From Gracilinema caldarium (lineage in GTDB: Bacteria > Spirochaetota > Spirochaetia > Treponematales > Breznakiellaceae), in the NCBI RefSeq assembly GCF_029265695.1, contig NZ_JAJUHW010000001.1, forward strand, positions 48,992 through 112,991: a DNA stretch of 64,000 nucleotides. The letters run 5' to 3'. Under the pieces are notes generated by a model that had not been told where the DNA came from, made no database searches, and saw only the letters and a list, made by a program, of their open reading frames with translations. Made by a program: the position numbers and the translations under genes. Shown here in pieces: positions 58,539 through 64,000 of this stretch (its first letter is position 1; the number at the start of each line of letters is the position of its first letter).

Positions 58539-58709
58539 TTAGCCAGCGATAATGGCTTCGGTGGGGCAAACCCCTGCACAGGCGCCGCAGTCCTGGCATT
58601 TATCAGGATCAATCCAGCGCATTCCGTCCTTTTCAGAAATAGCTTCAACAGGGCACTCGCCTTCGCAGGCGCCGCAGTTTACGCATGCATCAGTTACCTT
58701 GTATGCCAT
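58539..58709 (-). CDS. Clostridial-type 2[4Fe-4S] ferredoxin, 56 aa (absent from the ORF track)
   Basis: MAYKVTDACVNCGACEGECPVEAISEKDGMRWIDPDKCQDCGACAGVCPTEAIIAG: two CxxCxxCxxxCP motifs; GAGG SD. Confidence 0.96.
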   Translation of the reverse strand: MAYKVTDACVNCGACEGECPVEAISEKDGMRWIDPDKCQDCGACAGVCPTEAIIAG

Positions 58710-58872
58710 GAATTACCTCGCAAATTAAGGTGGGATACCACAAATTAGCACATTAATTATTTATTTTGCAAGTACCCGGGGCCAATGATAGATAAATAGA
58801 TCTGTTAAATCGCGGGCAATTGGAATTTAAACTTCCGTTAAGCTAGATTTGTATCTGGGGGGAGAACATCGT

Positions 58873-59817
58873 ATGGTTTTATTGCGTACTTTTAGAAAAA
58901 CGTCTGTTTCAGTTTTATTGGGATTCGTAGTATTACTGTCTAGCTGCAGCAAAGATTCTTCGTTATTTCAGGCTAGCCTAAAGGGCAGCCCGAAGAGTAG
59001 CCCTATTATGACTGAAGCCGCTCCCGCTCTGTCAAATCGCAGCGCGGTTCAAAGCGAAAAAATGCTTGCCTCCGATGCAGCTTCACCGCAGGCAGCTCCT
59101 GCAGTCAGTGGGATGAATCCTTCCATTGTTATTCCTGAGGGACGAAAACTTATCTATACGGCCAATATTACTATAGCTGTTTCCAATGTTCAAAATGGGG
59201 CTAAAAAGTTAGAAGACCAGCTTGTAAATTTTAAAGCCTATGTAGCTTCCCAAGATTGGTATGAAAATTCAGTAACCTACGAGATCAAGGTTCCCGTGGA
59301 CCAGTTTGATCCGCTTATGGAAACCTTAGGAGCTTCCGGCAAGGTACGACGAAAAAATGTACAGGCCCGGGATGTCACCGAATATTATTATGATCTCGAA
59401 AATCGGGTAAAGAATAAGCGGATTTTGGTAGAACGATACCAAACCTATCTAAAAAATGCTAAAACGGTAGAGGATCTCCTGAATGTAGAGCGGTTCTTAA
59501 ACGATGCAACTACGGAACTGGAAAGTCTAGAAGGAAATTTCCGGGGCCTTGTAAAACAGGTGGATTACGCCACAATCAATTTGACCATAGAGCCGGAAGT
59601 CTCAGCCGGTACCGGTGAACCGGGCTTTTTTGACCAGCTTAAAAATCTGTTTGCAGCCTTTGGGGCATTTTTACAAACTGTTTTAGTTATAATGATTGGC
59701 ACTGTGCTGTATGGCGTGCCCTTGGTGCTCCTTGCGGCCCTGCTCTGGTGGCTGCTTTTGGGCCGGATTGGGCTACTGCGCAAGCTCTTTGCATTGGTTG
59801 CTGTAAGGAAAAAATAA
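58873..59817 (+). CDS. DUF4349-family lipoprotein
   Basis: Lipobox LLSSC, RKLIYTANITI, DVTEYYYDLE, VDYATINL, C-terminal TM segment. Confidence 0.82.
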   Translation: MVLLRTFRKTSVSVLLGFVVLLSSCSKDSSLFQASLKGSPKSSPIMTEAAPALSNRSAVQSEKMLASDAASPQAAPAVSGMNPSIVIPEGRKLIYTANITIAVSNVQNGAKKLEDQLVNFKAYVASQDWYENSVTYEIKVPVDQFDPLMETLGASGKVRRKNVQARDVTEYYYDLENRVKNKRILVERYQTYLKNAKTVEDLLNVERFLNDATTELESLEGNFRGLVKQVDYATINLTIEPEVSAGTGEPGFFDQLKNLFAAFGAFLQTVLVIMIGTVLYGVPLVLLAALLWWLLLGRIGLLRKLFALVAVRKK

Positions 59818-59877
59818 AAATTCAGGCTGCTTGGTCGCGACTGGTTCGATCTTCGGTTCATATAGAACCTGGGTAAT

Positions 59878-59916
59878 AAAAAAGGGGATGTCCTTAACGT
59901 ATTGGACATCCCCTTT
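59878..59916 (-). terminator. Bidirectional terminator (GGGGATGTCC family) after tRNA-Pro
   Basis: AAAGGGGATGTCC-TTAACGTATT-GGACATCCCCTTT with an A6 tract. Confidence 0.88.
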
Positions 59917-59922
59917 GTAATT

Positions 59923-59996
59923 TCGGGCAAGGCGGACTCGAACCGCCGACCCCAAGTCCCCCAGACTTGTACGCTAACCACCTGCGCTATTGCCCG
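59923..59996 (-). tRNA. tRNA-Pro(GGG), CCA not encoded
   Basis: CGGGCAA acceptor stem, anticodon arm CAAGT-CTGGGGG-ACTTG, T arm GGCGG-TTCGAGT-CCGCC; 74 nt. Confidence 0.97.
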
Positions 59997-60007
59997 GAAC
60001 GTGATGC

Positions 60008-60037
60008 AACATAGCATAAGCCGCCCGTTTGTGTCAA
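60008..60037 (-). promoter_or_regulatory. tRNA promoter
   Basis: TTGACA-N18-TATGTT with extended TG on the minus strand. Confidence 0.7.
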
Positions 60038-60092
60038 CAGTGGCCGTAAATGTGTTGCTCTTTTCCACCCGTTTTGTGCTATCCTGTAGTAT

Positions 60093-61172
60093 ATGCCCTC
60101 TCAAGTAGCGCACATATTATTCGGACAGGAACTTATCCGCATCTGCGAAGGCTTATTGGCGGAAAAATACGGCCAGAAGTTCGATGAACCAATACAAAAA
60201 TTAAAAAATCAATATTTTTCAGTCTTCGCTCTTGGCTGCCAGGGCCCTGATATTTTTTACCATAGCCAAAGGCGCCGGCCGGTAGCGATAGAATACGGAA
60301 GTCTTTTACATCGCAGGAATTTTGGCAGTTTTATGACTCTTTTGCTAAAGCGTACCCTCAGCTCTGCCTTGACAAGTCTGGGGGCCTATGCATTAGGGTT
60401 TCTTACCCATGCTTATCTGGATCGGGCTGCCCACCCCTATATTGTTTACAAATCTGGCTGGGTATCGCCAGAACGGCCTGAGACAGCAAAATATGCCCGT
60501 TTGCATGCCTTTTTTGAGCGCATACTCGATGTGCAGCTTTTAGAACTTCTTGAGGGGATACATATTTCTGCCTGGAATCAGGATAGAATTTTAACCCGGG
60601 CTTGCGAAGAGCCTCCGGTATATCTTGTAGAAACCCTTGCCGATGCGCTGAGGTCAACCTATCCTGAACGGGCAGGGAAGGATCCCCTTTTGAACCTGCG
60701 CTTAGAAAATGCTCTTCTGGATGCAGCCTCATTTTATCGGACTACCAATCCGCAGCGAACTTCGATGAATTATAGAAAAATCGATGAGGGACTCTATCTT
60801 AAATATGACCAAAGTCCCGCATCGGTAGCCCTCATTTATCCCGAGGGTTTTCCCCTGTCAGTCGATTATTTAAATCTTGCAGAGCGACCATGGCGGCATC
60901 CCTGTCAGCAGGGCTCTGTAGACCACCGATCGTTCATCAACCTGTTTTTGGATGCCTGTCAAAAGGGGGCTCATTTTTTGTTCCAATTTATTTCTAGTTT
61001 TATCGAAACTGGACATGTACCTTCCAATTCTGTAGAACTCATCGGAAACGGAGGGCTTTCGATCTGCGACGAATCAGGGCTGCCCTGCAAGCCTGTTTGG
61101 TCTGATCCCCTCCCGCTTGACCACGTTTTGGAACAGCAATTTCTGCTCCGAACCGCCTGGTTTGGCCGTTAA
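60093..61172 (+). CDS. Zinc-dependent phospholipase C/nuclease-like family protein
   Basis: [40 protein letters not shown] metal-ligand pattern. Confidence 0.75.
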   Translation: MPSQVAHILFGQELIRICEGLLAEKYGQKFDEPIQKLKNQYFSVFALGCQGPDIFYHSQRRRPVAIEYGSLLHRRNFGSFMTLLLKRTLSSALTSLGAYALGFLTHAYLDRAAHPYIVYKSGWVSPERPETAKYARLHAFFERILDVQLLELLEGIHISAWNQDRILTRACEEPPVYLVETLADALRSTYPERAGKDPLLNLRLENALLDAASFYRTTNPQRTSMNYRKIDEGLYLKYDQSPASVALIYPEGFPLSVDYLNLAERPWRHPCQQGSVDHRSFINLFLDACQKGAHFLFQFISSFIETGHVPSNSVELIGNGGLSICDESGLPCKPVWSDPLPLDHVLEQQFLLRTAWFGR

Positions 61173-61243
61173 AGGGAGCGGGAACTTTTGTTTCATCTCT
61201 TGAATACAAAAAAATAATAACTATAGTTTTAGGAGGAGGCTCT

Positions 61244-63289
61244 ATGAAACTGAAAGGAAAAATGATTCTGTATCTAGCGCTGCCTTCTGCCCTCGGACTT
61301 ATTGGATTAAGTCTCATTGTTGGGTTTTCAGTGGCATCTATGAGCCGGAAATCTGTGCTCAGCCTTACGGAACTAAACACGCAAAGCAGGGCTGCAGAGA
61401 TCGGGCGCTGGCTCGAGGGACACATCAACAATGTTAAAAGAACTGCCGGCAACAGTGAAATGAAAAGCGGCGATATAAACCGCATACAAAACTATATTAT
61501 GTCCCGGCAGGCCAACTTGCCCCAGGATGTGGCATATGAATATTTCAGCAACCTTGAAGGCAATTACTTTACTTCCGCTGGCGGTAAAGGCAATCTTTCG
61601 TCCCGGGAGTATTTTAAACAGATTGCAGCCGGCGCAGAGTATGTGGTGAGCGAAGGGCTCATATCCCTTTCCACCGGGAAAGCTATGACCTTTGTGGTGC
61701 TGCCCCAAATGAATAGCAGCGGAAAGCGGATTGGACTCACTGCCGCAGCGGTTGACCTGGAAACCATTTCTGGCATCGTATCGGGTATTAAATACGGCCA
61801 AGCCTATGCAGCAATTATTGACAGTAAATTAAACGTTATTGCCCATCCTAATAAAGAATTGGTGCTCAAAGCTAATTTTTCTGAACCTTCTAAGCTCGGG
61901 TATCGGGAAATGGAAGGGGCTATAGAAGCGATGCGGCAGGGGAAAACCGGGAGTCAGCACTACTGGGATGACAAGGGAGTAGGAAAATACCTTGTATATG
62001 CGCCTATCCCGCTAAGCCAGGGGTGGTATTTTACCATGGTTATTCCCGATAGTCAGATCAACGAAGCCCCGTCTAAAATTGTTTCTATGGTTGCGGCTAT
62101 TTCGTCGGTTATTATCTTGCTTCTGGTGCTTATTATTCTGCTTGCGATCAATAATCTTACTAATCCGATTCGCCTTGTTTCTTCAGTAATCCAAAATCTT
62201 GGGAAAGGTCAGGTTTGGGTTGATGAAACGACGGACCAACAGATGCAGAAGGCCCATGCGTCACGGGACGAGGTTGGAGAAGCGGTACAGGCAACGACGA
62301 TGCTGATGAGAACCCTCACGGATATTGTGCATTCGATTCAAACTGCAGCTTTGGAGGTGGAAAAGGGAGCCGCTGCTATCAGTCAGACTAGCCAAAACCT
62401 ATCTCAGGGATCGACAGAACAGGCTGCCAGCGCAGAACAGGTCTCTTCTATGATTGAAGAAATCAGTTCCACCATCAAGCAAAGCGCGGACAATGCGGCC
62501 AGCACGGAGCAGCTTGCCCGGCGTGCTTTGGAAGATGCCCGCCAGGGAGCCGAGGCGGTGCTGCAGTCGGTGGAAGCAATGAAATCTATCGCAGCAAAGA
62601 TCAGTATTATTGATGAGATTGCCAGGCAAACGAACCTGTTGGCCCTGAATGCGGCCATTGAGGCTGCCCGTGCTGGAGAAGCCGGCAAGGGCTTTGCCGT
62701 GGTTGCCAGCGAGGTCCGGAAACTTGCGGAACGGAGCCAAACGGCGGCGAACGAAATACTAGGAATTTCCAAACAGAGTGTACTGACCGTTGAAGAAGCG
62801 GGCAACCGAATTACCAATGTGCTTCCTGACGTACAAAAAACTGCTGAATTAGTGCAGGAAATCAGTGCCGCGAGCCGGGAGCAGAGCATTGGTATTGAGC
62901 AGATTGTTTCAGCAATTATGCAGCTTGATTCGGTTATTCAGCAGAACGCCAGCTCAAGTGAAGAACTGGCTTCCATGGCGGAGGAGCTTTCTTCCCAGTC
63001 CATGTCGCTGAGGCAGACTATTCAATATTTCTCTCTGAAAGAGGCGGATGTTCATGTGGTTCCCTCTAGTTCTTCCCGTGCTGCGACAATTAAGGGGCCC
63101 ATACCGCAGGATGTGCCTAAGGAGAACAAGATACAGCGGGTGCTGCCAAAACGTCCGATGCAGCTACCCCAAAAGGAAGAAAAAAAGATTCCCATGCCGG
63201 AACACAAGCCAGAGGTGATTAAACCGAGCTCTGACCGAAGCATCATTCCCCCGCCCACGGCGAGCGATGATGATTTTGAAGAATTTTAG
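61244..63289 (+). CDS. dCache-HAMP methyl-accepting chemotaxis protein with C-terminal CheR/CheB-docking pentapeptide
   Basis: SREYF (dCache), [34 protein letters not shown], Pro/Lys-rich linker ending DDDFEEF. Confidence 0.95.
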   Translation: MKLKGKMILYLALPSALGLIGLSLIVGFSVASMSRKSVLSLTELNTQSRAAEIGRWLEGHINNVKRTAGNSEMKSGDINRIQNYIMSRQANLPQDVAYEYFSNLEGNYFTSAGGKGNLSSREYFKQIAAGAEYVVSEGLISLSTGKAMTFVVLPQMNSSGKRIGLTAAAVDLETISGIVSGIKYGQAYAAIIDSKLNVIAHPNKELVLKANFSEPSKLGYREMEGAIEAMRQGKTGSQHYWDDKGVGKYLVYAPIPLSQGWYFTMVIPDSQINEAPSKIVSMVAAISSVIILLLVLIILLAINNLTNPIRLVSSVIQNLGKGQVWVDETTDQQMQKAHASRDEVGEAVQATTMLMRTLTDIVHSIQTAALEVEKGAAAISQTSQNLSQGSTEQAASAEQVSSMIEEISSTIKQSADNAASTEQLARRALEDARQGAEAVLQSVEAMKSIAAKISIIDEIARQTNLLALNAAIEAARAGEAGKGFAVVASEVRKLAERSQTAANEILGISKQSVLTVEEAGNRITNVLPDVQKTAELVQEISAASREQSIGIEQIVSAIMQLDSVIQQNASSSEELASMAEELSSQSMSLRQTIQYFSLKEADVHVVPSSSSRAATIKGPIPQDVPKENKIQRVLPKRPMQLPQKEEKKIPMPEHKPEVIKPSSDRSIIPPPTASDDDFEEF

Positions 63290-63294
63290 AGAAT

Positions 63295-63325
63295 AAAAAA
63301 GGGCAATCCAGATTTTGGATTGCCC
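63295..63325 (-). terminator. Intrinsic terminator after gpmI
   Basis: GGGCAATCCA-GATTT-TGGATTGCCC with A6 tract 63295-63300. Confidence 0.85.
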
Positions 63326-63349
63326 CTGATTTCTACTATTGCAGCGCTT

Positions 63350-64000
63350 TTAGAACGAAAGTACTGAAGGATCGTAGTCTTCTGGCGGTATAAAGCCAAG
63401 AAGCTGGATGCAGGTTGCAGCCAGCGAACTAATGCCGAGGCCGGATTTCAGGTTCCCTTCTCCGGCTTTGTAGGCGTATTCGCCCTTGTGTTCCGGATCG
63501 TAAATGATACACGGCACAGGGTTAAGACTGTGGCTTGTTTTGGCCTTGGGTTGACCATCTTCTTTGTAGATAACTGCACCGGTCTTTTTGTCATGTTCAA
63601 ACATGTCATCCGAGTTCCCATGGTCAGCGGAGATGACCATAATGCCACCAGCCTTCTCTACTGCCTTGGCAAGACGCCCAAGCTGCAGGTCCATGGCTTC
63701 CATTGAACAAACGACCGCTTCGTAGTTCCCCGTGTGGCCCACCATATCGCCATTGGGATAGTTGAGCCGGATAAAATTGTATTTTCCCGATTCAATCGCT
63801 TCCAGAACTGCGTCGGTAATTTCAGCGCATTTCATCCAGGGCCGCTGCTCAAAGGGCAGAACATCGCTGGTAATTTCTACGTAGTCTTCCAGTTCTTCGC
63901 TAAACTTGCCGGTCCGGTTCCCGTTAAAGAAGTAGGTTACGTGTCCGTATTTCTGGGTTTCTGAAATCGCTAGGGTCCGCACCCCTGAAGCTGCAAGGTA
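63350..64000 (-). CDS. gpmI: 2,3-bisphosphoglycerate-independent phosphoglycerate mutase, 5'-truncated by window end
   Basis: SETQKYGHVTYFFNG, NYPNGDMVGHTG, ISADHGN, KTSHSLNPVP. Confidence 0.96.
   Translation of the reverse strand, partial: YLAASGVRTLAISETQKYGHVTYFFNGNRTGKFSEELEDYVEITSDVLPFEQRPWMKCAEITDAVLEAIESGKYNFIRLNYPNGDMVGHTGNYEAVVCSMEAMDLQLGRLAKAVEKAGGIMVISADHGNSDDMFEHDKKTGAVIYKEDGQPKAKTSHSLNPVPCIIYDPEHKGEYAYKAGEGNLKSGLGISSLAATCIQLLGFIPPEDYDPSVLSF

Noticed and set aside
58451-58648. N-terminal extension of the LysM-M23 ORF in the track
   Set aside because: It overlaps the ferredoxin CDS and its terminator; the plausible start is ATG 58450, which opens a signal peptide.
59818-60092. 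tRNA-associated integrative element
   Set aside because: No integrase, no duplicated tRNA 3' end and no cargo genes flank tRNA-Pro.
59565-60113. 182-aa minus-strand ORF
   Set aside because: It runs through tRNA-Pro, a terminator and antisense to the DUF4349 gene, and has no protein motifs.
1-64000. CRISPR array, transposase, prophage or defence island
   Set aside because: No regularly spaced repeats and no cas, transposase, integrase, phage structural or restriction-modification motifs in any ORF.

Overview
This 64 kb window is chromosomal DNA, most likely from a free-living Treponemataceae-type spirochaete. That is an inference from the standalone groES, short AlaRS, divergent second EF-G and spirochaetal lipoboxes. 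It holds about 50 CDS. Housekeeping genes include alaS, nusB, groES, asnA, recG, dnaE, the argA-recO-pdp-recJ-M23-rpsU operon, lon, an EF-G paralog, PBP1A and gpmI. There is also a pdxR-pdxST module, signalling genes (two HisKA_2 kinases, a PleD-like cyclase, two MCPs), a low-GC LacI/ABC/GH53/GH35 galactan locus, tRNA-Pro(GGG) and a 56-aa ferredoxin missing from the ORF track. No CRISPR array, transposase, integrase or prophage was seen. The top finding is a complete ribosome-mediated transcription attenuator: a leader peptide with five consecutive Ala codons and mutually exclusive 1:2, 2:3 and 3:4 hairpins, upstream of an AlaA-like aminotransferase, i.e. a candidate alanine-sensing attenuator. 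Other notable signals are a sigma54-type -24/-12 promoter in front of a short sigma70-family gene (a possible RpoN-to-RpoS-like cascade), many apparently leaderless genes, a candidate sRNA with an anti-Shine-Dalgarno loop, two dispersed palindromic repeat families and a RecJ carrying an apparently dead DnaQ-like insert. All structures and alignments were made by eye; no database searches or folding programs were run.
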